Positions 18,650 through 28,216 are shown, counted from the stretch's first letter. The stretch is 34,267 bases of DNA from an uncultured Actinomycetes bacterium (GCA_903866425.1 CAIPNN010000006.1:1-34267); one strand, 5' to 3'. The notes: generated by a model from the letters alone, not told the origin. Made by a program: numbers and translations.

Positions 18650-19926
18650 GCCGACTCCTCAGCCTCTGCAAGGGGTGCGCGACCCGTGGCCTCGGTGACC
18701 AGGGTGGGCGGAAGGCCCTTCTCGATGGTCTCGCGCGTGACCACGCACTTGCGCACGTCCTCGCGCGAGGGCAGCTCGAACATCACGTCGCGCAGTGCCT
18801 CTTCGATGATCGAACGCAGGCCGCGGGCACCGGTCTCACGCTCAAGCGCGCGGTCGGCGATGGCGTAGAGCGAGTCCTCGCTGAATACCAGCTCGGCATC
18901 GTCGAACGAGAAGAAGCGGCGGTACTGACGCGTGAGGGCGTTCTTCGGCTCGGTGAGGATGGTCACCAGATCGTCGCGGGTGAGCTGATGCACCGACGAC
19001 ACGATGGGCAGACGGCCGATGAACTCGGGGATGAGGCCGAACTGCACCAGGTCCTCCGGCAGCGTCTCGCCAAACAGATCGTGTGAGTGGGCGCTCTTCT
19101 GGTTGCGCAGGTCGGCCGCGAAGCCGACGCCCTTCTTGCCGATGCGGCGCTCGATGACCTTGTCGATGCCGGCGAATGCCCCACCACAGATGAACAGGAT
19201 GTTCGTGGTGTCGATGGTGAGGAACTCCTGGTGCGGGTGCTTGCGCCCGCCCTGCGGCGGCACCGATGCGGTGGTGCCCTCGAGAATCTTCAGCAGCGCC
19301 TGCTGCACGCCCTCACCCGACACGTCGCGCGTGATGGAGGGGTTCTCCGACTTGCGCGCGATCTTGTCGACCTCATCGATGTAGATGATTCCGGTCTCGG
19401 CGCGCTTGATGTCGAAGTCGGCGGCCTGAATGAGCTTGAGGAGGATGTTCTCCACGTCCTCACCCACGTAGCCGGCCTCGGTGAGCGCCGTGGCGTCGGC
19501 AATGGCGAACGGCACGTTGATGATGCGGGCCAGGGTCTGCGCCAGCAGGGTCTTGCCACAGCCGGTGGGGCCCAGCAGCAGGATGTTGCTCTTGTGCAGT
19601 TCGATGTCCGAGTCGCCGGACTGCATCACCTGCACGCGCTTGTAGTGGTTGTACACCGCCACCGCGAGGCTGCGCTTGGCCTCTTCCTGCCCCACGACGT
19701 AGTCGTTCAGCACCTCGTAGATCTCGCGGGGCCGCGGAAGCGACTCCGACTCAATCGCCGTGGGGGCCGCAACGGCCTCCTCGTCGATGATCTCGTTACA
19801 GAGGTCGATGCACTCGTCGCAGATGTACACGCCGGGGCCTGCGATGAGCTTCTTCACCTGGCGCTGCGACTTGCCGCAGAAACTGCAGAGGAGCTGCTCG
19901 CCAGTGTCGTTCGTGGTCTCGGACAT
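18646..19926 (-). CDS. clpX: ATP-dependent Clp protease ATP-binding subunit ClpX
   Basis: 426 aa. N-terminal zinc finger [26 protein letters not shown], Walker [19 protein letters not shown], and an IGF-like loop region. Confidence 0.97.
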   Translation of the reverse strand: MSETTNDTGEQLLCSFCGKSQRQVKKLIAGPGVYICDECIDLCNEIIDEEAVAAPTAIESESLPRPREIYEVLNDYVVGQEEAKRSLAVAVYNHYKRVQVMQSGDSDIELHKSNILLLGPTGCGKTLLAQTLARIINVPFAIADATALTEAGYVGEDVENILLKLIQAADFDIKRAETGIIYIDEVDKIARKSENPSITRDVSGEGVQQALLKILEGTTASVPPQGGRKHPHQEFLTIDTTNILFICGGAFAGIDKVIERRIGKKGVGFAADLRNQKSAHSHDLFGETLPEDLVQFGLIPEFIGRLPIVSSVHQLTRDDLVTILTEPKNALTRQYRRFFSFDDAELVFSEDSLYAIADRALERETGARGLRSIIEEALRDVMFELPSREDVRKCVVTRETIEKGLPPTLVTEATGRAPLAEAEESA

Positions 19927-19932
19927 CTTCCG

Positions 19933-19972
19933 CCTGGTCGCCGGGGACGGTCAGCGACGACCGGGGATCAGG
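19933..19972 (-). promoter_or_regulatory. imperfect GC-rich hairpin between tig and clpX (possible attenuator or processing site)
   Basis: cctggtcgccgg (19933-19944) pairs with ccggggatcagg (19961-19972): 12 positions with one G-U pair and one mismatch, and a 16-nt loop. No U-tract follows. Confidence 0.3.
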
Positions 19973-19982
19973 CGCTCCGAGA

Positions 19983-21602
19983 TCACTCGGAGCCCTTCTC
20001 CTTGGTCGTCTTCTTGGCGGCCGGCTTGGCCGCGGCGGTCTTCTTCGCCGCAGGCTTGGCAGCACCCTTCGCAGCGGGCGTTGCGGACTTTGTTGCCGTG
20101 CTCTTCGATGCTGCAGGCTTCTTTGCAGCCGGCTTCTTCTCGGCGGCAGGCTTGGCGGCCGCCGTCTTCGCTGCAGCCGGCTTCTTGGCGGCGGGCTTCT
20201 TGGCTGCGGCCGGCTTCTTGGCTGCGGCCGGCTTCTTCTCGGCGGCGGGCTTCTTCTCGGCAGCCGGCTTTGCGGCCTTGGCCTCGGCGGCCTTCTCGCG
20301 CTTCTCACCCTCTTCGGGCGTGATGGCCGATGCCGACTCAACCACCAGGTCAACGGCCCTCTCAATGCGAAGGTCCTGACGCAGGCTCTCCCAGCCGTTG
20401 GCGGCGCGCAATGCCTTCAGCAGCTCGTCGGGGTCGCGGCCGGCATCGGCTGCGTCGGTGCGCACACGTGCCTCAACCTCGTCGTCGGTGAGGGTGATGC
20501 CCTCGGCGTCGGCGATGGTCTCGATCACCAACTCGCGGCGGATGGACATCTCGGCGTCGGCGCGCAGCGAGTCGCGGGCTTCCTGCATGGTCTGGCCCTG
20601 CATGGCGAGGAACTGCTCGAGGGTGATGCCCTGCGGCAGCTGGTGCGAGGTGTCGTGCAGGATCGAATCGATACGGCGCTCCACCATGACTTCGGGCACG
20701 TCGAACGTGGCCCCTGCAACGGCGGCGTCAATGACGCGGCGGCGGTAGCGCTCCTCAACGGTGCGCTCGGTGGCGGCGGCGAGGCGCTCCTCGATCTCGG
20801 TGGTCAGCTCGGCGGCGGTCGCAAAGCCCACCGACTCGGCAAGGGCGTCGTCCAGATCGGGCAGCACCTTCTCCTGCACCTTCTGCACGGTGACCACGTA
20901 CTCGATGGTCTTGCCCTTGATCTCGTCACGGGTGTCGTCGTCGGGGTACTCGACGGGGAACGACTTGGTGTCGCCCGCCTTGGCACCCACGAGTGCCTCC
21001 GTGAACGCCGGGAGGATGCGCTCGCCGCCAAGCTCGATGAGCTGGCCACGGGTGCTTGCACCCTCAATGGGCTCGCCGTCGGCGTTGGCCTCGTAATCGA
21101 TGAGCATGAAGTCGCCCTCGGCGGCCGCACGGTCAGTGTCTTCCAGGCGTGCGCCCTGCTCGCGAACGCGGTCGATCTCCTCCTGCACCGCACCCTCGGG
21201 AACCTCGTTGGGCTCGCGAACGGCCTCGAGACCCTTGTAGGTACCGAGCACCGGGGTGGGCGGTACCTGCAGGATGACGGCGAAGGCAACGCGCGTCTCG
21301 TCGGCGTCACCCATGTCCACTTCCGGGTCACCGATGGGCTCGATCTGGCTTGCGATCAGTGCCTCGCGGTACCAGTCGTTGAGCGCACGGTCGAGCGTCT
21401 GGGCGAAGATGCCCTCGCGACCCACGCGCTGGATGACGACGTTGGCGGGCACCTTGCCTGGGCGGAAGCCCGGGATGCGCATGCGGCTCGAGACTTCCTT
21501 GACGGTGCGGTCGAACTGCTTGCGCACCTCGTCTTCGGGGACCGAGACGTCCAGCTTGACGCGGTCATCTTCGAGCTTCGTGACTTCAACGGCTACGGGC
21601 AT
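19983..21602 (-). CDS. tig: trigger factor (ribosome-associated PPIase chaperone) with ~106-aa Lys/Ala/Pro-repeat C-terminal tail
   Basis: 539 aa. Contains MPVAVEVTKLEDDRVKLDVSVPEDEV...RIPGFRPGKVP (ribosome-binding signature GFRxGxxP), a central FKBP-like segment and a C-terminal arm. The tail reads KREKAAEAKAAKPAAEKKPAAEKKPAAAKKPAAAKKPAAKKPAAAK... Confidence 0.95.
   Translation of the reverse strand: MPVAVEVTKLEDDRVKLDVSVPEDEVRKQFDRTVKEVSSRMRIPGFRPGKVPANVVIQRVGREGIFAQTLDRALNDWYREALIASQIEPIGDPEVDMGDADETRVAFAVILQVPPTPVLGTYKGLEAVREPNEVPEGAVQEEIDRVREQGARLEDTDRAAAEGDFMLIDYEANADGEPIEGASTRGQLIELGGERILPAFTEALVGAKAGDTKSFPVEYPDDDTRDEIKGKTIEYVVTVQKVQEKVLPDLDDALAESVGFATAAELTTEIEERLAAATERTVEERYRRRVIDAAVAGATFDVPEVMVERRIDSILHDTSHQLPQGITLEQFLAMQGQTMQEARDSLRADAEMSIRRELVIETIADAEGITLTDDEVEARVRTDAADAGRDPDELLKALRAANGWESLRQDLRIERAVDLVVESASAITPEEGEKREKAAEAKAAKPAAEKKPAAEKKPAAAKKPAAAKKPAAKKPAAAKTAAAKPAAEKKPAAKKPAASKSTATKSATPAAKGAAKPAAKKTAAAKPAAKKTTKEKGSE
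19986..20303 (-). repeat. coding low-complexity tandem repeats (AKKPAA-type units) forming the trigger-factor tail
   Basis: On the plus strand, repeated ggcttcttggc(t/g)gcggcc and ggcttcttctcggc(g/a)gc units are visible between about 20100 and 20270. Confidence 0.85.
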
Positions 21603-21639
21603 GCGTACTCGCCAACGGTTCTATGGGATGGAAGGAAAG

Positions 21640-21721
21640 TGCGGGTGAGAGGACTCGAACCTCCACGGGTTTCCCCACCAGGACCTAAACCTGGCGCGTC
21701 TACCGGTTCCGCCACACCCGC
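21640..21721 (-). tRNA. tRNA-Leu, anticodon TAG (type II, long variable arm), CCA not encoded
   Basis: Folded by hand. Acceptor GCGGGTG/CACCCGC; 3-bp D stem GCG/CGC; anticodon arm CCAGG-TTTAGGT-CCTGG; variable arm TGGGGAAACCCGT; T arm GGAGG-TTCGAGT-CCTCT; discriminator A. Length 82 nt. Confidence 0.93.
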
Positions 21722-21744
21722 ACGGTTCGAAACAAAGCAGACAG

Positions 21745-21818
21745 GGTGAGCGATGGGACTTGAACCCACGACCGCCTGGACCACAACCAGGAGCTCTACC
21801 AGCTGAGCTACGCCCACC
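21745..21818 (-). tRNA. tRNA-His, anticodon GTG, with genomically encoded G-1; CCA not encoded
   Basis: Folded by hand. G(-1) then GTGGGCG/CGCTCAC (one G-U pair), C73 opposite G-1. D arm GCTC-AGCTGGTA-GAGC; anticodon arm CCTGG-TTGTGGT-CCAGG; T arm GTGGG-TTCAAGT-CCCAT. Confidence 0.93.
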
Positions 21819-21943
21819 AAGTGCGAGGGCCGAAGCCCAGCGCCGGAGGAGAATAGCGCACGAACGCCGCCGGGAAGCCCCGTCGGACGCCCGACGCGAT
21901 GAGCCACCCGCCGGGTGCTTGGTAAGCCGACTACCGAAGCGCT

Positions 21944-21968
21944 GGGACCGGGTCCGTGACCCGGTCCC
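21944..21968 (-). terminator. GC-rich hairpin ~75 nt downstream of the malate synthase stop (terminator-like, no U-tract)
   Basis: gggaccgggtc-cgt-gacccggtccc: 11-bp perfect stem with a 3-nt loop. Confidence 0.4.
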
Positions 21969-22040
21969 TCGCAAGTTGTCGGCGTCCAAGCACGCGGCGG
22001 GTGGCGTCAGCAGCGACGCGCTACCGCTCGAGGGGTTTGC

Positions 22041-23636
<1,596 letters not shown>

Positions 23637-23724
23637 TGGTCCTCCGTGACCGTGTTCTCGGGGATGAGCGCGCCGAATTGCGCGGCCCGGAACCATACCC
23701 GCCCACGCGGGCCGGATGCCACGG

Positions 23725-24732
23725 TCAATCGAACTCGATGACCACCTTCAGGGCCTCACCCGTGCGCGCGAGCCGGAATGCCTCCTCCACCTCGCCGAAT
23801 GGGACGTGGTGCGTCACGATGCCCTCGCAGCGCACCTGACCGCTCGCCAGCAGGTCGAGCGCGTCACGGGTATCGGCCGGCCCGGCCGAATAGGTGGACT
23901 GCAGCGTCACCTCACGCCAGAACACGGCACCCAGATCAATGGGCACCATCTCGCCGGGCGGAGTCGGTGCGAAGTACTGCACCACCCCCGCAGGCCCCGC
24001 CAGGTAGAGGGCGTCATTCATCGCACCGTGATGGTGGGTGCACACGATCACCTGATGCGCGAGGCCCCCACCAAGAGCATCGCGCACGGCATCAACATCG
24101 CATGCCGGCAGCACAGTGGCCCCGAGCGCTGCGGCAGCCGGGCGGCGGGCCTCATTGGGCTCGATCACCACCACCTTGCGTGCCCCGAGCACCCTCGCCA
24201 GTTCCGCCTCCATCAGGCCCATCGACCCCGCGCCGACGATGACCACATCCGAACCGGGGCCAACCCCGGCCAGTCGCTGCCCACGCAGGATGCACGCGAG
24301 GGGCTCGATGAGCGTGCCCACGGTGTCGCTCATGCCCTTGGGCAGCACGTGCACGTCGAGGTCGACGTTCTCGGCAGGGACGCGGATGAACTCGGCAAGC
24401 CCGCCCGGGTCGATGCGCGTGGCACGGAACAGGTCACACAGCGTGTCGCGCCCGCTCAGGCACAGCTCGCACTCGAGACAGGGCACGTGGTGGTGCACGA
24501 ACACGCGGTCGCCCACCTCAAAGGGGGCACCCTCCCCCACCGCCACCACGTCGCCGACGGGCTCGTGGCCCAGCACCACCGGTGCCTTGGTGTCCTGGTA
24601 CCACTGCATCAGGTCGGTGCCGCAGATGCCGCAGGCACGCGTACGGATGACGATCTCCCCGTCACCCGCGGTGGGGTCGGGGGCATCCTCGATGCTGAGC
24701 CGCCCCGCCCCGTGGTAGATCGCTGCCTTCAC
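23725..24732 (-). CDS. zinc-dependent medium-chain alcohol/polyol dehydrogenase (sorbitol/threonine dehydrogenase-like)
   Basis: 335 aa. Catalytic-zinc ligands lie in ACGICGTD and GHEPVG. The structural-zinc Cys cluster is [15 protein letters not shown]. The Rossmann motif is [10 protein letters not shown]. Start is GTG. Confidence 0.88.
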   Translation of the reverse strand: MKAAIYHGAGRLSIEDAPDPTAGDGEIVIRTRACGICGTDLMQWYQDTKAPVVLGHEPVGDVVAVGEGAPFEVGDRVFVHHHVPCLECELCLSGRDTLCDLFRATRIDPGGLAEFIRVPAENVDLDVHVLPKGMSDTVGTLIEPLACILRGQRLAGVGPGSDVVIVGAGSMGLMEAELARVLGARKVVVIEPNEARRPAAAALGATVLPACDVDAVRDALGGGLAHQVIVCTHHHGAMNDALYLAGPAGVVQYFAPTPPGEMVPIDLGAVFWREVTLQSTYSAGPADTRDALDLLASGQVRCEGIVTHHVPFGEVEEAFRLARTGEALKVVIEFD

Positions 24733-24765
24733 GGCGGCGATGCTACCCGGGGCAGGGGGCGCAGA

Positions 24766-27258
24766 TCAGCCGGTGACTGCCGAGGCGCCGCCACGACGCG
24801 CGGTGGCAATGCACATGCGCTTGGCCACCGAGACGCGTCGGCCACCCGCAGACACCGTGATTGACAGGCGGGCAGCACACCCACCACCGGCCGAGCGGAA
24901 CTTCGCGGTGTTGATGATGCGCCCGTGTGCCGGAATCCGGCGAGCCGGCCACACCAGGCGACCAGCCTTCACCGATCCCCCGCCATCTGCCACGACCACG
25001 ACGCCGTCAGGAATGTCAACGCTCGTGCGCACACCGTCTGCTGCGGTATCCGTGGGATTGGCGATGACCACGGTCACGCTCGTCGCACCGTCGGGAGCGG
25101 AAGGAGCAATCACCCCGACCGAAGGCCTCAGCGCACTGGCGGTGACGACCCGGCGCGGCGGAGTCGTCGTGGTGGCTGCGGAGGCGCCGCCGCCCGAACC
25201 ACCGGCCGAGCCTGACGGCGTGCCGCCAGGATCAGGCGCCGGAGTTGGGTCAGGGGTCGGCGTCGGGGTCGGGGTCGGCGTCGGGGTCGGGGAAGGCGAC
25301 GGCGACGGGGTCGGGGAAGGCGACGGCGAGGATGGCGTCGCCGGGACGACACCAGCGGCAATGGTCAGGTTGGCGAACGCCGCATCGGTCAGGCCGGTGA
25401 CCGCCGTTGTGTCGCCGCTGGCGTCAGGGGCGATAACGAAGGCCGGGGTAACACCCACCAGCGGATCCGAGCTCGCCACCGGGTTGGAATCGGTTGCCGC
25501 CGAGCCTGCCCCTGGCGTGGTGAACGTGTAGCCCGACGGCAGGGTGAACCGCGCCGTGTACGTGCCGGGCAGCAGGTTGCCGATGAAGTAGGCCCCCAGC
25601 GAATCGGTGGTCACCGATGCCACGGGGTTGCCCGCAGCATCGGTCGCGGGCTGCCCACTGGCCGTGAGCAGCTCCACCACGACACCGGCCAGCGGCACCT
25701 CGCCAACATCCTGAATGCCGTTGGCGTTGGAATCGATCCACGTGTAATTGCCCATTCCCACAGGGCGCACCACTCCCGCATCGATCGTGAGATTGGCCAA
25801 GCTGGCCCCGGACTGCGACACCGAGGTGGTGTCGCCAGTCGCGCTTGCCTCCACGGTGAACGTGGGGGTCACGCCCACCTGAGCGCTGGTGGTTGGCGAT
25901 GGGTTCGAGTCGGTCCCCGACGTCCCGGCTGCTGCAGTCGGAGTGGTGAATGCATATCCGGACGGCAGCGTGAACTGCACCTTGTAATTCCCCGGAGCAA
26001 GACCGCTAATGAAGTACGCACCCTGCGAATCGGTGGTCACGGGCGCGACCGGGTTGCCGTTCTCGTCGTCGGCAATGGTGCCGTCAGGGTTCAGCAGCTG
26101 CACCTGCACGCCGGCAAGCGGGGCCTCCGATCCATCCTGAATGCCGTTGGCGTTCGCGTCGATCCACACCTTGTCGCCCACGCCAACAGACGGGGCGGCA
26201 GGAGCCGATGGCGCAGCCGCCGCACAGTGGTTGACCACGACGTCATCGAGAACCAACTCGGTGGAGCTGGTACTGCCGCTGCCCAGGTGCCCCCAACTGG
26301 TGAACGCGATACGTGTCGCGGCGGCCTTGGCGACAAACTGAAGCGTGTACCAGCGCTCACCGAGGGAGCCGACGAGCGTTGGCACCTTGAAGAACACGCT
26401 GCTGTATCCGTTCCCGGACGCGCCTGTCGTGGTGCCGATGCGCACGCGCGCGATGCCTGCCCGGGCGTCGCTACCCGGATTGCTCGCGCTGTAGCTGAAG
26501 GTCTCATGCCCGACCCAGTACGACAGGCAGTAGGTGTCGCCGACCGTGGTCGGCACCTCCTGGAATGCGGTGGGCGCGGAACTGGAGACGTAGTTCTTCG
26601 ACACCGATGAGCCGCCGCCCGGCGTAAACGTGAGCGCCGTCTGCGTGACATCCTGGGTGAAGGCACTCGTCGACCGCAGCGTCGTCATGGTCGGCGAGAT
26701 GCTCCAGCCCTCGTCATTTCCGAAGTAGATCTGCGGGTTGCTCGCGCCGTTCTTTGACCCATACGGCCCCCACTGGCTCAGACCGTTGCTCCATGGCCCC
26801 ACGGCGGCCGACGTCCCGGGCAGCCAGAGCGCATAGGTGTTGGAACCGCCGCCGGTGAAGGTCCACCCGGGCATCGACCGGAAGGGAAGGCCGTTGGTGC
26901 CTGTGCCGGTGACGCCCGCAATTCCCGGGAAGACGCTCGAAATCCAGAGCCCCGACATGAACGAATTGTTGGTCGACGCCGGGCCCCACTTCTTGGCCGC
27001 CGTGTTGCCGAACCCGTTGTCCGTGAAGTCACCGTTGGTAACGAGGTTGTTCGGGGTGGTGCGATCGAGGGGGTTCGCGTTGTTCGGGATGGCTACGACA
27101 TCGAGGCCGGGCTCCAGTTGGTACGCGGTGCCGGTGCCGGGACCGGTCCACGCAGCGGCGGATGCGTCAGACGCGACACAGAGTGAGACCAGGGCAATGG
27201 ACGCCGCGGCGGCGCCGAGCAGCGCTAGCCCACCACGAGAGGCGGAGTGGTTGAACAC
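24766..27258 (-). CDS. secreted multidomain surface/adhesin-like protein: signal peptide, ~330-aa jelly-roll/CBM-like domain, two SdrD-B/Cna-B-like repeats, Pro/Thr/Ser linker, C-terminal DUF11-like domain
   Basis: Signal peptide GGLALLGAAAASIALVSLCVASDASAAAW. The N-domain starts NLVTNGDFTDNGFG and ends ELVLDDVVVNHC. Two ~130-aa repeats are present (VWIDANANGIQDGSEAPLAGVQVQLLNPDG...TDSQGAYFISGLAPGNYKVQFTLPSGYAFTTP, and the TWIDSNANGIQD... paralogue). The linker is PSPSPTPSPSPSPTPTPTPTPTPTPDPTP. I saw no LPXTG motif and no C-terminal TM. Confidence 0.85.
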   Translation of the reverse strand: MFNHSASRGGLALLGAAAASIALVSLCVASDASAAAWTGPGTGTAYQLEPGLDVVAIPNNANPLDRTTPNNLVTNGDFTDNGFGNTAAKKWGPASTNNSFMSGLWISSVFPGIAGVTGTGTNGLPFRSMPGWTFTGGGSNTYALWLPGTSAAVGPWSNGLSQWGPYGSKNGASNPQIYFGNDEGWSISPTMTTLRSTSAFTQDVTQTALTFTPGGGSSVSKNYVSSSAPTAFQEVPTTVGDTYCLSYWVGHETFSYSASNPGSDARAGIARVRIGTTTGASGNGYSSVFFKVPTLVGSLGERWYTLQFVAKAAATRIAFTSWGHLGSGSTSSTELVLDDVVVNHCAAAAPSAPAAPSVGVGDKVWIDANANGIQDGSEAPLAGVQVQLLNPDGTIADDENGNPVAPVTTDSQGAYFISGLAPGNYKVQFTLPSGYAFTTPTAAAGTSGTDSNPSPTTSAQVGVTPTFTVEASATGDTTSVSQSGASLANLTIDAGVVRPVGMGNYTWIDSNANGIQDVGEVPLAGVVVELLTASGQPATDAAGNPVASVTTDSLGAYFIGNLLPGTYTARFTLPSGYTFTTPGAGSAATDSNPVASSDPLVGVTPAFVIAPDASGDTTAVTGLTDAAFANLTIAAGVVPATPSSPSPSPTPSPSPSPTPTPTPTPTPTPDPTPAPDPGGTPSGSAGGSGGGASAATTTTPPRRVVTASALRPSVGVIAPSAPDGATSVTVVIANPTDTAADGVRTSVDIPDGVVVVADGGGSVKAGRLVWPARRIPAHGRIINTAKFRSAGGGCAARLSITVSAGGRRVSVAKRMCIATARRGGASAVTG
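25232..25340 (-). repeat. coding short tandem repeats (Pro-Thr/Pro-Ser linker)
   Basis: Plus-strand ggggtcgg(c/g)gtc and ggaaggcgacggcga units are repeated. They translate to (PS/PT)n in the adhesin frame. Confidence 0.85.
25341..26190 (-). repeat. diverged tandem duplication (~420 nt each) encoding the two SdrD-B-like domains (approximate bounds)
   Basis: The parallel peptide pattern W-I-D-x-N-A-N-G-I-Q-D ... T-D-S-x-G-A-Y-F-I ... F-T-L-P-S-G-Y-x-F-T-T-P ... A-N-L-T-I-x-A-G-V-V occurs twice in the translation. Confidence 0.75.
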
Positions 27259-27559
27259 GTGCGCGTATTTCCATCTGGGGAGGCGAGGGAGTCGTTAACA
27301 CCCACGTACATGTTGTGGGCTTTTCCAACCTACCCACGGTCCCGCCGACAGGCACCCCCCACCCCATAATTCGGGGGAAATCCGCAGTGCTGCCCAACGC
27401 ACGCGTCGGAATGCCTCGCCGCGCATGCCGCCTGAGAGCGGGCCCCGTTGATTGTCGGTCGGGACGCAGGGCGTGCCCCGAGGCTCAGGGCCTTCACGGC
27501 GGCGCGCTGCTTCGCATCGAAGGCGCCGGCCTTCGTGTCGTCGGCCGTCAGCAAGGCTT

Positions 27560-27597
27560 CGGGCCCGCGGATGGGCGCATCGCCCCATCCGCGGGCC
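27560..27597 (-). terminator. strong hairpin 10 nt downstream of the lipoprotein stop (terminator-like, no clear U-tract)
   Basis: gggcccgcggatggg-cgcatcgc-cccatccgcgggccc: 15-bp perfect stem with an 8-nt loop. Confidence 0.5.
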
Positions 27598-27606
27598 CGC
27601 CGGCCA

Positions 27607-28131
27607 TCACTCGTCAGCGCACTCCGGCAGACTGGCGGCCACGGCGGCCTCGTCGGCGGTGGCGGACAGCTTCTCGGCATCCGCCGCGACAGCCGACACC
27701 TTGGCGGCGGCATCCTCGACGGTGGTCGCGGACGCCACATCCGCACCGAGGGTGCTCGCGAAATCAACGACGGCGGCCTGCGCGGACACATATGCCGCAT
27801 AGGCGTCGGCCATCGCCGCTGGCGGAGTAATTGACTCCAGCTCGGCAACAGCGGCCTTCGATGCGTCCACGTTCGCGGCGACGAATGCCTGCAGGCTCTC
27901 CAGGTTCGTAGCGTCCAACGCGGCCTCGGCATCCTTCTCTGCGGCCTTGACGTCCGTACACACCTTGGTGGCAGCGGCGACGAACTCGGCCTCGGTGAGT
28001 TCGGGGGCCGCAGCGGTGGTGTCGGCGGCGGTAGTGGCAGACGACGAGTCGGAACCGCCGCAGCCGGCGAGACCGGCCACCGACACTGTGGCGGCGATGA
28101 GACCCACGGCCGCGATTCGAGTGATCCTCAT
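27607..28131 (-). CDS. putative lipoprotein, Ala-rich helical, unknown function
   Basis: The N-terminus MRITRIAAVGLIAATVSVAGLAGCGGSDSS carries a lipobox (LAGC). The mature part is Ala/Glu/Asp-rich, with one Cys near each end (KVCTDV, LPECADE). Confidence 0.7.
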   Translation of the reverse strand: MRITRIAAVGLIAATVSVAGLAGCGGSDSSSATTAADTTAAAPELTEAEFVAAATKVCTDVKAAEKDAEAALDATNLESLQAFVAANVDASKAAVAELESITPPAAMADAYAAYVSAQAAVVDFASTLGADVASATTVEDAAAKVSAVAADAEKLSATADEAAVAASLPECADE

Positions 28132-28216
28132 TGAGGTGAAACCTTTCGAGTTGGGAGAGCGGCAGCCTGACGGCGCCGAAGGCCATCTAACACCACTGTC
28201 CCGGCGGCAAGACCCG

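Noticed and set aside
24761-24770. A third GGCTGATC motif, at the adhesin stop (accGGCTGATCtgc), resembling the CTGATC start junctions.
   Set aside because: The frame opened by CTG/ATC there hits a stop after 8 codons, and the next gene starts with its own GTG 33 nt downstream. Here the motif seems to be coincidental.
25232-25340. Short tandem DNA repeats that superficially resemble a repeat array.
   Set aside because: The units are 6-12 nt with no spacers, and they lie in frame inside the adhesin ORF, encoding a Pro-Thr/Pro-Ser linker. This is not a CRISPR array or a satellite locus. The same reasoning applies to the tig tail repeats at 19986-20303.
27167-27397. A 76-aa ORF (and the ORF at 27295..27588) in the adhesin leader that could be upstream regulatory peptides.
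   Set aside because: There is no SD, the composition is Gly/Trp/Arg/Pro-rich non-coding-like text, and one ORF overlaps the adhesin signal peptide out of frame. Nothing supports translation.
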